Origin: Phoronis australis
Lineage: Eukaryota; Animalia; Phoronida
Assembly: GCA_002633005.1 (NCBI GenBank)
Contig: NMRA01000055.1
Coordinates: forward strand, 1,003,285-1,067,284
Length of the DNA: 64,000 bases
Direction: 5' to 3'
A program made the translations under genes and the position numbers. Shown here piece by piece: positions 34,163 through 47,742 of the stretch. Position 1 is the first letter of the stretch, and each line of letters starts with the position of its first letter. The notes beneath the pieces are model-generated. The model made no database searches and was not told where the DNA came from. It saw nothing but the letters and a program-made list of their open reading frames with translations.

Positions 34163-36792
34163 TGACATCTTGTTTGTTTGTCGGGTGTCACGTGACTTTT
34201 AGCAAAGAGGCGGAGCTTGCGATAGGTCAATACAGATGAGAAGAAAGGAGCCTTGAAGCAGGGGCGGTTTCCATTATTTATTTTTATGATTTGACCCGAA
34301 AGGCTCCGATCTCCAACGCAGCGTTGTATCAAAACTCAGTTATTTCAACATTTATTAGGATATCAAGAAGTTTTAAAATCCATCAGTAAATACACAATAA
34401 ATCCGTAGCATGGTCGGCGCACCATATGGGGCTGGGGGGGGGGGGGNGGGGCTATAGCCCCCCTACTTTTTCCAGTGCTGCGCCGCCCATGCGTAGTCGA
34501 CAAACTCATAAGAATCCGCTCTTGTCACTTGCCGACAGATACTCTGCCATTTTAGATTTATCGCAAAGTTGGAGGTGAGGTTCTTTCAAGAACGATTTAA
34601 TCACAAGCTATCTATTCGGCTAGGCTAAGTGTGTATGAAGGGGACTGGACTTGGGTAAACAATGATCACGTTACTTCAAAATAAATAAGTAAAACCGCTA
34701 TACATTAATAATGTTCTGACTATTGGTGAAATAAAGAACACTAAGTTTGTATGGAAATGTCGCGTCTGACACTAAGGTTGCCATTTTCATCACAAATGGC
34801 TCATCTTGCACGTTCCTCCTAAACAAATCAATTACTGTTTCAATGTTGCATCTTGTCAGATGGTAACAGAGAAAGTTTTTGGCTCGAATTCATAACACTG
34901 TTTTTGTGCACCATGGAATGTAAGGCCAACTTAGAAAACCATACGTTGTGAAGATGAGGCGAAAAATCTTAAGTTCGTTCAAAGTCCAAAGACGCTTAAA
35001 GTGTGGGGAGTGTTCGAAACCAGAGCAATGCCGAAAATAAAGTGGACATCCACAGATCCTCACAAAAACTACCCATTCTTTTGGATAAGTCCGCCTCCGG
35101 ACACCAGCTCAACTACATTTGCGGGTTGTTTCAGGTATTCCTGGAACAGTTTCTCAAGTCAACTGGGACATAGTTCCGCAAGCAAGTGGATTGTCCAATC
35201 ATATCGATGATCCATGCCGGGTACGGTGTACACATTCCAGGAGACGCTTCGCCAATGCTGCTTTTTGGTGGGGTCGCCAGGTCAATCAACCATTGACAAA
35301 AATGACGGATCCCCGTTTATCAACTTAAAATCAGAACAGTTCGGTAGCAGCTCTTCGTTTACGAAAACTTCTTAATTCGTGTCTATTTTATAACAATGAA
35401 ACGATAATTACATTACTTGCAGCTCAGTTTGTTGATATTATCACAATACAAAGAGTTAGCTCACCAGAGACTTCCGACTTCGGTTTACCGGATGCAACAA
35501 TGCGCACACCAATTACTCAGTGCCACCTATACGGCAAAGTGGCCCTGTTGAAACATGATGGACGACGCACGGAATTCCATGTGTGGGCATCAGTGCGCAT
35601 GCCTTGGTCAGAAGTATAGCTATCATGACCTGCCTTAATGCACTGTACTTGTTTGGGCACTGGATCGGGGTCAATTGATTTTGTTTACTTCTATTACGGC
35701 CCGTTTTAATTACAACAATTCAAGTCAAAGGTCACGTGGTCGCCATACTACTGAGGTAACAGTAAACTGAAAGGGGTTTCCCAGATTTCAATCAATGGAA
35801 TGACTGAATATTAAAACGTCGGTTTCATTACTTTAATCAATGAGAAGCCATGTTGAACAACGTTCCACATAGCCAGCCAGCTAGCTGTAGTAAGACAATC
35901 GTCAAAATACAGCTAGGTACCACTGTGTGTTTTTCTTCCATAGACCTCGAAATTGCACACAGCCAGGGTAGTTCTGCTCGTCAACTCGCCGTGAAAACTG
36001 TATCAAGATGTAGAGCTAAAGACCGGACGGGGAGCATGCAAAATCAGGGAACTAAACGACACTCACCTTACCCGTTACATCCCGGCGTTTAAGTGGAAAA
36101 CAATCTAATCAAAGTCATTTTGTTGCGTAATCTTCCGCCTTTTCTAACAAAGAAAAGTTACGTCGTCGTATTGAAAACAGTACCCTCGTGACACGCGCAC
36201 GCGCCATTTCCTATTTTTTGCGACATCTCTCGGGAGATGATGATAGCGTGGCATCAGGAAAATTAATTCTGAAATTTTTGGTATTAAAATTAAAAAAAAC
36301 TTTTAATGAAGTGAAACCAGTTCCGATAATTTGTTGTGACGTGTACGCAACCTCGTGAAAGAACAACTGTTGATTGAAGAATCGACGAAAAAAGAAACTG
36401 GCCAATAGGTGACGCAATATTTCATGGCGCCGAAAGCCGTCGCTAAAGATCGCTCCACAATTTTAGCAGCAGAATAACGGTAGAACATCATTTTTCCAAC
36501 ACCGTTAAATAATCTAGTTTACTCAAGGAAGACTGCAGTTTTAATGACACAAATTTTATGTCAGATTTTACTACCACTTTTTTATCCACATCGGCGCAAA
36601 GCTATATATTTCGTATACAGCTTTGTACCAAGGCTACAGTGCTATCTTTCGTATAGCACTGTGAAAGTGTGTAACACCAACTTTACTTCATGGTTAAAAA
36701 TGGCCAGCTGACAGCCACTGAAAACCATCGTTGTGTTGTGATGTACCGAAGCCTTTACACGCTATCAGTGACGTCAGAGTGTGAGCAACCGG

Positions 36793-36890
36793 GCGTGCGT
36801 TCAGTAAACCTAGGACCTACGTTAGGACCTAGCTAAAATCTACCCCACGTAATCTCAAGAAGTGAGGTCCTGGCGTTACTGAACGGGAGC
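36793..36890. mobile_element. Internally deleted copy of the 151-bp MITE, CGG TSD
   Basis: CGG|GCGTGCGTTCAGTA...TACTGAACGGGAGC|CGG, in reverse orientation relative to 18890-19040. Confidence 0.75.
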
Positions 36891-37253
36891 CGGGTTAGCT
36901 CGCTCGCTGGTTCCCTTGCGTGTCCGCTAGCAGGTGAAAGAGGACACTCAGGTATCATTCAACAGCGCACGTTTTATCACTGGTTGATGTAACCTCGGAT
37001 GTCATTGGTTAGCTTTACAACAAAGAAAGAAAATGGGGGGCTGTGAACGATTTTTACCATTGTCAACATCCTTGCGAACAAAGTTTTATCTCTACTGCAA
37101 ATATATCGTTTCTGCAGAAATGTTTAATAGCCGCGTGCTGAATCAGATGCGATGCACACTGATCTGACCCATTTAACCGGTGTATTAGTCATTCTGTGGC
37201 GAATACAGGACAACAACGTACGTAATGCACACTGACACAAAACTTTCTGATTA

Positions 37254-39798
37254 ATATTTCAACGATTTGTCTAGTGTACAACAGACTGCAAACTATATCT
37301 ACATTTACACTTTCTCCATAAGTCATGCCAGTTTGTTTACGTAAAGCGCCACCTGCTGCCAAGTCGACCAGCAAATCAGAAACGCCAGTGTCGGTGAAAA
37401 TGTTTCCCAAAGTAAAATAAAATGATACCGGCGGGTGCTCTTCCCCCTAGCGGACACGCAAAGAACGAGGGTTAGCTCGCAGAACTAACTAGAAAAAGTC
37501 AAGGTACCGGCCATCAAGGTAGGCTCGCGGAAATAACTCGAATAAGACAAGGTAGCGGCGGTGACTATTACCATCGAAGTAATCAGTATACTCTATTTGG
37601 TCTGCCGTTTCATCATGTGAAACTAGGACCGATAAGATTGTTCCCTAAAACACGAACCGGGAATACAAAGGTGGCGCTGCAAGCGGCTGTTACAGTTCGT
37701 AATCACTTAGAAGGGCGCGGTACGATAACTATGGCCAAACTTTAAAGAAATAAAACCTGCTGTGTTTTGTTGATTTAATAACGCCGATTCCTGGCGTTAG
37801 CTTCCTGCAATTTGGTACAATATGAAATTAGGGACACTGACCTTTTGAGTTACTTGTCATGGCTCTACTGGTAAAGAATCGGACTGCTAAGGCTATAGTT
37901 TCGGGTCTATGGAGGGGGTGTTGGGAGGTTGGGGTTGAGAAGCGAGGGATCACTGCCTTACTCCGTTCGACGGTGTCACCACTTCCGGCTTGCTCTTCCG
38001 ATTTGATTAACTGATATTTTTATTAATTTCACTTTCATGATAAAACGTGAACATGCCAATTTGACAAAAAGCCTTTAGGTAACATTCCCAAAATATAAAA
38101 AGAAATCTGCTTGCACAGTTTCTCGATCGTCTAATATGAAAACTTATGGTTTTAAATGGCTGTAGGAAATTTGAAAAATTACCTGTCATCCCTCTAACCT
38201 AAAATCACTAGTTTCGCCCTTGAAGCTTGGTATACTTACGTCACCGCGGCAAATATGTAACAAAGCAAATGTTATCAGACTCCTTGCTTTCGACAGACGT
38301 ATCCTTCATTTTGAGTCATACTAGTTCTTACGCGTTCTTGATATTTACTCGTTTCCGAACGAAAATCGAAAACTGAACGATTCAGTTAAATATTTGTCAT
38401 GTTAAGCTGTTGTGGTAATGCATACAAGATTACTTAATGGCATGCCAGTGATATTTCATAATTAATCTTAGATGAAAATGTCCCCTTTTAGCTTTGCAGG
38501 GTTCATATATAGATTAATAAAGCACAAAAAAATTTCCAGGTGAACAGTACAATGGGCCCACAAACGCCGGCCTGCGCACGTCTGGTACAAAGTGTACCAG
38601 AACGCCTGCAATTATTTTTTTGTATTTTTGTTTTTGCAGGCATGGAGCTTTTGCCTCATGCAAGTGGCAAAATGTTTTAATTCTTGAAACATAGCTAATT
38701 GCCAGGGATTGGCAATGCTTGTCCAAATCAGATTATGGTAATTAAATAATATTAGGAAGAGGGTCATTACTCACTAGTTTCTGTTTTGAAAGTTCAACGG
38801 GAAACAAAATTATAGACGTTCTCGCTTAGCTAAGGCGCTCTGCCCCAGGCTACTCCGCTTGCATCTGTATAATATTTTTAAGCAGGTCTAAGCCCCAATG
38901 TGAAGGTTTGTGTAGTTTCATGTTATCTTGTTTTTCCATGTCGATAATGTTATATTTTTCAGGATTTCAGACTCCACAAAACAGTTTATTAAACATTAAA
39001 TGTATAACCGTGGGGCTGCCTCTTTGATAACCTGAAAGCGAGAAACTGTTTTGCGGAGTTGTTCTGCAAAATTTATCTTTTAGTACGGTTCCAAACCCAA
39101 AAAATGAACCCTGTCAGAGGATTTTATTCGAAAATGGTACACTGTAAGTTTTTGCTGGGAAGCTGTCCTAGTAAACCCATCAATGTGAGCGCCACGACCC
39201 CTTATCACTTCTGTTACCCAAAAATCTTGGGCATATTTTATTTTACACGTCGCACAGTAACCTACTGCAATAACCTTAGTTAGTTACCGACACGGTTGGG
39301 AACTTGTTTGATTGTTACATTAATTTATTTAGTTATTCTTATTTATTTGTAGACCAATATCGTAGACGAGACAACCAATACTATAACGCGAATTTGTATT
39401 AATATAATTAATACATAACATGGCTATTTTGCCTTTGATATCAGTATTAAACGTTGTGTAAATATTCCATTTCTATTTTACGTGATTTTGATTTAAACGT
39501 GAAGTATTTTAAAAATAAACTCAATTAGATTTCAGAGAACAACGGGCACGAAAATGCAAGTCATCCACTTGCCATTTGTCCAGGATTTTGACTGACTCGA
39601 CTGAACGTGCTGTCTACTCGGGACCGTCTATCAAGATAAAAGAGCGTTGTGGCAGAGTTAGCCGATTTAGCGTGGTACTACTTTTACCCAAACAGGTAAT
39701 GTGTTGGCCAGCTCAGAATCATTTATAAGGTAACCAGTTAACTCCCGAAAATACCCACATTTTGCCAATCATGCTTCGGAACATTTTAACTCAGAAAT
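37254..39798 (+). repeat. Recent ~2.2-2.5 kb duplication, copy 1
   Basis: Matches 40828-43011 from ATATTTCAACGATTTGTCTAG to AACTCAGAAAT. This copy has an extra 350 bp (37388-37737) bounded by GCCA direct repeats. Confidence 0.9.
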
Positions 39799-40016
39799 CA
39801 GTGGCAGATCTACGATTTCAGTAAGGGGGGGGGGTTTAGGATTCGAAAGAATCCGAGGCGCGTAGCGCCGAGGAGAAGNTGTAATTTGTGAAGATTTAAC
39901 GTTGATACATTTTGACAAACGTTGCTACAAAAAAGAAACTTTGTTCAATTTTCGTGTTTTTTTGTGTTTTTGGCCAGCGACCAGTTAGGCCTAAGGGTAG
40001 TCTTGGCGCAAAGCTG

Positions 40017-40167
40017 CCTCCCGTTCAGTAACGCTAGGACCTCGCTAAAAAGCAAGACTTCGCGAGAATACGTGAGATTTCGCCGTGTATTTTGAATAAG
40101 AACACGTGGCTTTGACTAGGTTTTAGCTAGGTCCTAGCGTAGGTCCTAGCGTCTACTGAACGCACGC
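40017..40167. mobile_element. 151-bp MITE with CTG TSD
   Basis: Same termini, length and CTG TSD as 18890-19040. Confidence 0.85.
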
Positions 40168-40827
40168 CTGTATAGGCCTCAGTACTAACAAGCTGTATTT
40201 TGACTATAGTCTTAATTCACTGGTTGCTGGTGACTGAGTCTAACTAAAGTCTGCCGCGACAGTGTTACACAGGACTAACCAGTCCGTAATTTCATGCAAG
40301 TATCTGAAACTACCTTTTATATATGCAGCATTTATCATTTGACCATTTTACTTCGACAAAACAGCTTGCAACCGCACGCATTTACCGTTCGCCAGTGTCT
40401 GGTCTCGATCCGCACCGGATCCGATAGGCTGCGGTCCCGAGTCTGGCAAAATAATTTCTGTCAAAATTTATTCGCCACATTTCTTCAGCAAATTCGATAA
40501 AAATGTCTGTAGTTTGATTTTATTAAAATTAAGGCGCGCTGTCGATCATTTTATCCCCGTTTGCTGGCTGGTAACAGTACAGGGACACTGCTCGAGTTGC
40601 ACTGACGGCGTTTTCTCGGCCTGGGTTCCTGAATGAATTGTACTTCCGGGTTCGCGGCAAGTTCAAAATAGCGGTGTTTCTTCGGGTGCGAATCGTGAGT
40701 GGCGCGTTCATTTAAACTGTTTTGGAGTACGGATCGTGTATTAGTTATGGGGTAGGTACTTCTTGGATCCTTATAACATCTTCTAACCATGTAATAAGGG
40801 TTAACAACGCGTGAGAAAAGGACTTAA

Positions 40828-43011
40828 ATATTTCAACGATTTGTCTAGTGTACAACAGACCGCAAACTATATCTACATTTACACTTCCCACATCATGCCA
40901 GTTTGTTTACGTAAAACGCCACCTGTTGCCAAGTCGACCAGCAAATCAGAAACGCCAAACTTTAAAGAAATTAAACCTGCTGTGTTTTGTTGATTTAATA
41001 ACGCCGATTCCTGGCGTTAGCTTCCTGCAATTTGGTACAATATGAAATTAGGGACAATAACCTTATGAGTTACTTGTCATGGCTCTACTGGTAAAGAATC
41101 GAACTGCTGAGGCTGTAGTTTCGGGTCTATGGAGGGGGTGTTGGGAGGTTGGGGTTGAGAAGCGAGGGATCACTGCCTTACTCGGTTAGACGGTGTCACC
41201 ACTTCCGGTTTGCACTTCCGATTTGATTAACTGATAAGCCTATTTTAGTTAATTTCACTTTCATGATAAAACGTGAACATGCCAATTTGACAAAAAGCCC
41301 TAAGGTAACATTCCCAAAATATAAAAACGAATCTGCTTGCACAGTTCCTCGATCGTCTAATATGAAAACTTATGGTTTTAAATGGCTATAGGAAATTTGA
41401 AAAATTACCTGTCATCCCTCTAACCTAAAATCCCTAGTTTCGCCCATGAAGCCTGGTATACTTAGGCCTACGTCACCGCGACAAATATGTAACAAAACAA
41501 ACGTTATCAGACTCCTTGCTTTCGACAGACGTATCCTTCATTTTGAGTCATACTACTTCTTACGCGTTCTTGATATTTAATCGTTCCGAAAGAAAATCGA
41601 AAACTGAACGATTCAGTTAAATATTTGTCATGTTAAGCTGTTGTGGTAATGCATACAAGATTACTTAATGGCATGCCAATGATATTTCATAATTAATCTT
41701 AGATGAAAATGTCCCCTTTTAGCTTTGCAGGGTTCATATATAGATTAATAAAGCACGAAAAATTTCCAGGTGAACAGTGCAATGGGCCCATAAACGCGGC
41801 CTGCGCACGTCTGGTACAAAGTGTATCAGACCGCCTGCAATTATTTTTTTGTATTTTTGTTTTTGCAGGCATGAAGCTTTTGCCTCAAGCAAGTGGCAAA
41901 ATGTTTTAATTCTCGAAACATAGCTAATTGCCAGGGATTGGCAATGCTTGTCCAAATCAGATTATGGTAATTAAATAACATTAGGAAGAGGGTCATTACT
42001 CACTAGTTTCTGTTTTGAAAGTTCAACGGGAAACGAAATTATAGACGTTCTCGCTTAGCTAAGGCGCTCTGCCCCAGGCTACTCCGCTTGCATCTGTATA
42101 ATATTTTTAAGCAGGTCTAAGCCCCAATGTGAAGGTTTGTGTAGTTTCATGTTATCTTGTTTTTCCATGTCGATAATATTATATTTTTCAGGATTTCAGA
42201 CTCCACAAAACAGTTTATTAAACATTAAATGTATAACCGTGGGGCTGCCTCTTTGATAACCTGAAAGCGAGAAACTCTTTTGCGGAGTTGTTCTGCAAAA
42301 TTTATCTTTTAGTACGGTTCCAAACCCAAAAAGTGAACCCTGTCAGAGGATTTTATTCGAAAATGGTACACTGTAAGTTTTTGCTGGGAAGCTGTCCTAG
42401 TAAACCCATCAATGTGAGCGCCACGACCCCTTATCACTTCTGTTACCCAAAAATCTTGGGCATATTTTATTTTACACGTCGCACAGTAACCTACTGCAAT
42501 AACCTTAGTTAGTTACCCACACGGTTGGGAACTTGTTTGATTGTTACATTAATTTATTTAGTTATTCTTATTTATTTGTAGACCAATATCGTAGACGAGA
42601 CAACCACTACTATAACGCGAATTTGTATTAATATAATAAATACATAACATGGCTATTTTGCCTTTGATATCAGTATTAAACGTTGTTATAATTTTGTAAA
42701 TATTCCATTTCTATTTTACGTGATTTTGATTTAAACGTGAAGTATTTTAAAAATAAACTCAAGTAGATTTCAGAGAACAACGGGCACGAAAATGCAAATC
42801 ATCCACTTGCCATTTGTCCAGGATTTTGACTGATTCGACTGAACGTTTCTGTCTACTCGGGACGGTCTATCAAGATAAAAGAGCGTTGTGGCAGAGTTAG
42901 CCGACTTAGCGTGGTACTACTTTTACCCAAACAGGTAATGTGGTAACTAGTTAACTCCCGAAAATACCCACATTTTGCCAATCATGCTTCGGAACATTTT
43001 AACTCAGAAAT
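40828..43011 (+). repeat. Recent ~2.2 kb duplication, copy 2
   Basis: High-identity direct repeat of 37254-39798. Confidence 0.9.
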
Positions 43012-44984
43012 GGCCAATCGGATCCAAATGAAGTTTTCAGACAATATGTCATTGCATGTATTGAATGGATGCTAGACAGTGAGACCACCTCGTGAGACCG
43101 AAAACTCCTCTGAGTTCATTTTGCTGCAGCATTGTGAGCCGAGCTAATTTTCACTCGAGGCGCGTAGCTCTTCGTCTGCACCCCCCCCCCTCGAAACACC
43201 ACAGTGGCATTACAAAAACACTGGTGGAAAACCGGACACTCACTTGACTTGAAAGCCCGTACACGACTTTTGTATTTATCGCGTGACATAAAGCGGTTTT
43301 GCTGATTCTGTGATTGGCTAATTGACCTATCGCCAGGATTATGACGGGCGGCTTAATTGACCAATCAGAACAAAGAATTCTTGGCACACCTTCGTCTGCG
43401 TTTCCAAGCCGCCATTATACCCGACAAACCACACGTACAGTAGTCGAGTAAAACTTACTTTGGTCTATAGTTCAAGAAATTGTCCGCTAAGAATGGGGAA
43501 ACGGTGTTGATATGGCGTGTGTAGCAACGAAAGCCGTTATGCTGCTCCAGAATAATATCCCGTCATTTTTTGGCATGTCCTAAGCCGAAAAATGATGTTG
43601 AAAAGCATAAACTATGGATCAAACTGTACGGCCACACGAGCAGCTGAACTTAGCGATGTTGCTTGATAANNNNNNNNNNNNNNNNNNNNNNNNNNNNNNN
43701 NNNNNNNNNNNNNNNNNNNNNNNNNNNNNNNNNNNNNNNNNNNNNNNNNNNNNNNNNNNNNNNNNNNNNNNNNNNNNNNNNNNNNNNNNNNNNNNNNNNN
43801 NNNNNNNNNNNNNNNNNNNNNNNNNNNNNNNNNNNNNNNNNNNNNNNNNNNNNNNNNNNNNNNNNNNNNNNNNNNNNNNNNNNNNNNNNNNNNNNNNNNN
43901 NNNNNNNNNNNNNNNNNNNNAACTCAAAGCCTTGGTCGAGCTGTTGTCGCTAAAAATAAACTGTTGAATTACTTTTTGACGTGTACCTCTAGTATACACT
44001 ATGTCTGTAGAGTTAGACAGAGCTCATTTTGAAGTTGTTCAAACATGATATGTAGATTTATGAAGCTTTAAAAAAGAATTTGAGTTATTTTTGTAAATAC
44101 CCTATTTTTGCAACTACCACACCAGACTTGTAATCTTTTGTTACCATACCACGACTTAGTGATCATGCTACCTTCAAAATTAAATGAAAGCTACCTTTAT
44201 AGAATGAAACTACAAAAAATGCCAAGTTCGTAAGAAGGTAGGCCTAATTTAAACGGTCCCCAGCCCCCCCCCGGCAAGCAAAGTGAAACAGCAAGAGCGT
44301 GAAGCGTGAGGAAATATTGAGTTCAGTAACTAGGACCGGTAGCGGAAGAGGGGGACTCAGACCCCAGATCGCGGCGGAATCGTGTTCCTGTTTTTTCTAG
44401 TCCACCGATAGATTTTCTGAACAGAAGGTCCAAAGGTCTGCATCCCCGGCCCCTGCAACTTTCGAGCCGCCGCCTGTGTACAGATATTTTTTATCAAAAT
44501 ATTTCGTTACAAGATTAGAAAAGCGTAAACAGTGCTGTCGAGTCGACCTAGTCAGAGACTATAGTTCATGTGATGTCTGTAATCTATGACCTACTTTACT
44601 CCAGGAGTCCCACCAGTTGTGACCTACTTTTTATTTGGCGAAATTTAGAATAAAAATATCGGTGAATCTTCGCTGATTTTATTCCAAAGATCATGAAATC
44701 TATGTAATCTTACAGATAATTCGACTTAAAGGTACATACCCAGCTTTACATGAACATATAACAGTGGCTTGTCATTTGTCAGGTGAAGGTGGCCCCAAGG
44801 CAGAGGGGATTTTCGCTGGCTCCTCGAGCCATTTTTTCATCGTCACCTTTACAAATTCCCATATCATGAACGTACGATTCTCTGTTAAAAAGCATCGCCT
44901 CTTGTCTCTGTCGAAGCGTTTTCAAATAGTGCAAAAACACTCATCGATTCCACCAGGAACGTCGTTTAGCGACAGTGTATTTGT

Positions 44985-45216
44985 CCTATCACATTTAAAC
45001 TATGGCATTACTACCTGGGGTTTTGGCAACACTAAGAAACTTCAAACAGCCCAGAAAAGAATACTTAGGAATATATCAAATTCCAGTTATAATGCTCACT
45101 CTCTGCCCATTTGTAAGGAACTTCGCCTCCCTCTAGTTCAAGACATCTTTAAAATCTCAACTGCAAAATTTTACTACAAATTCCTCAATAATCAGCTTCC
45201 TAAGTATTTTTACACT
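44985..45216 (+). mobile_element. Non-LTR retrotransposon (CR1/L2-group) ORF2 C-terminal fragment
   Basis: LSHLNYGITTWG...KKLQTAQKRILRNI..SSYNAHSLPICKEL..L...DI......KFYYKF.NNQLP.YF is the typical post-RT region of CR1/L2-type LINEs. Ends in an N gap. Confidence 0.8.
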
Positions 45217-46010
45217 ANNNNNNNNNNNNNNNNNNNNNNNNNNNNNNNNNNNNNNNNNNNNNNNNNNNNNNNNNNNNNNNNNNNNNNNNNNNNNNNNNNN
45301 NNNNNNNNNNNNNNNNNNNNNNNNNNNNNNNNNNNNNNNNNNNNNNNNNNNNNNNNNNNNNNNNNNNNNNNNNNNNNNNNNNNNNNNNNNNNNGATGACG
45401 TGCTGGGTGTTGTTGTTTAGACGACGAGCTGCGCCGTATATGTTAAAGACGTGTCTCCCAAGGCTGCAGCAGATTTGTCTATTCACAGGTTTGTAAATCC
45501 GTTTTGTAAACCAGTTAACCGTTGGCTTCACGGCAACTTCTTTATCACCAAACAAACGACGTCAGTTGTAGACTTGGGGCATTGCAAACTTAAATTTATT
45601 TATTAGGCCGACTATTTTAAAGACAATTTTGTATTATTCGATGTACACTGATGAACGAAAATCAAGGAACATCCGATCTTTGAATATGTCTTGTCTGCTA
45701 ATTTACTTCTCTTTGTGTACTGTGATCTGAATTTGTTGATTTTCTGGCACTAACATTACATGTAAGTAAGCGCCAATTCTACAGTCGTTTTATTTTATTC
45801 TTGGATTTTGGCGAACTTGGCAAAAAGACTGCGCACGGCGTGCATATTTCGAATTGTCGCAAGACATGCATGAATGGTTACATATCACATTGTAATGTCG
45901 CAGCTGGGTCATTTTCATTTTCATGCAAGGTTCCTCAGTTATATAGGGAGTGGAAACGATTCCATGAATTTCCTTCTAAATCCCAGCTTCAGTCCTCACA
46001 CTCACATTCC

Positions 46011-46167
46011 TGAGTCAGCAAATGCCAAACCCGTGAGCCATAAGCCCTTCTTGGTGTCTGTACTTAGATGCGCTGCCATACATGAAGACTCGTTTCCACA
46101 CCGTGTAATACATGTTGATTAACTCAGTCCCCGACGAATGACTCATCATTTCCTGGTTTCGGTTTCG
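46011..46167. promoter_or_regulatory. Cluster of AP-1, ETS and ISRE-like motifs upstream of the TRIM gene
   Basis: TGAGTCA (46011), TGACTCA (46139), CATTTCCTG (46147) and GGTTTCGGTTTCG (46155-46167). Motif matches only. Confidence 0.35.
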
Positions 46168-47742
46168 ATGTGATTGAAACTTGTTTTTTTGCTTGGACTG
46201 TCTTTCATATTCAAGATAGACAATTTTTGAGCTCAATGCGAAACATTTGCTGAACGCAAAGTGAGTTCAATGGAATTCTTAACCATGCGTCTTTTTTGAT
46301 AACAAAAAGCGGTTGATGTTTATTCCCCAAAAATGTCATGTCACAACCCTCTTCTGTTTTGTGGCTCTTAATGGGGCCATTTTGCTTAAGATGGCATATC
46401 AGGTTGGCAAATGACAATTAATTTGTTTAGTTGCACGCTAAGATCCGACTAAACCGTGCTTGTTAATGTATTGCTAACCCGTGTCCAGCTGTTTCTGGGT
46501 TTTGCAGTGCCTACGCAAATTTCAGTGCCTTTTCAGTCTACTGAAAATCGCGAAAAGGTTATTCTGTGTCCAACTGGCACATGACCAAGCGTTGTGTTTT
46601 TAACAATCAAAATACTCAATTCAATTTCGCATTCTCGGGAACAAAAATGGTATCAGAAAAGCGCTTTATTGCAACTCCCCGCAGTCGCTTTTTGACGACA
46701 TGATCCAGCGTCTACTTGAACGTGCACTCAAATGAGCGATTTTTGTTTAGACCATTACCACAAACATTTGGTCAGTACTTGTTCCTGGGTGGGATATGAA
46801 AGGATTTCTGGGTTAAATATCCGACGCCTCGTTATTCCTTGAGACTATGCTCGATGTAAAAAATGTTACAAATGAACTTGAAGAACCAGTCGTCTCCTGC
46901 TGTAACGAACTGCCAGTTCCTTCGAAGCTCTCAACAATTTTGAGACCAACTTCATAACGGAAGGTTTTTTAATAAAAATGTTTTTGTGACGGAAAGCGTG
47001 TTTACCGCTTCTCCATTAAACGTTATCAATTCATGAATATTAGTTTTCATTATCATATATTAGAGGCAGTAGTTGAGGAGTGATTCTGTTTAAAACGAAT
47101 AATTGAGAATTTGTGGGAACAGGGTTGATCTGTGCTATGTGCAGGTGTTGGAGTTTGAAATACGCCTCTGTGAGAGAGGAATAACGTGTGCGTGAGAGGA
47201 GTTCATAAAAGACTGCTGATATGATGGTGTTGGATTTTTTTCCGCAGACAGTGTTTATGGGTGAAGCAATATATAGCTTATGACAATATGATACCATGAA
47301 TTTAACTTATCTCTTTTCTGTTTCTGTTGACAAAGGAAGTTGTTACATGTACATCCGAAAATTTCAAATTTCAGTTGATCCATTCTTGTTGTTTTATTTA
47401 CCTACTCAGAGTATACAAAATCTAATGCAGATAACTATCGGATAAATTTATTTGCCACTGACCTTAAACCCATTAGGCCAACGACAGCAACGTTACTTTG
47501 CCGTGTGTTCACGATGTGATAGAAGCTGGAAAAGGGTTTACGTGTTTTGTTTTGTCTAATTATCAACATTTTCAAAAGCATTCAAACCCCACGTTTTGTA
47601 ATGCAATGTGATACCCTATACTTGTATTTGCAGTTGAACTTACCCTCAAACCCATAAGAAAAGTATGTGTTAAAACATACCATCTATTTTTTAGTAAATG
47701 TACTCTATTTGTTCTTTTCAGTTATGCTCCATTCCAACAGAT

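Noticed and set aside
47698-47742. ORF-track N-terminal extension of the TRIM (MYSICSFQLCSIPTD)
   Set aside because: It runs through a pyrimidine tract and splice acceptors. The ATG at 47743 fits the usual distance to the RING.
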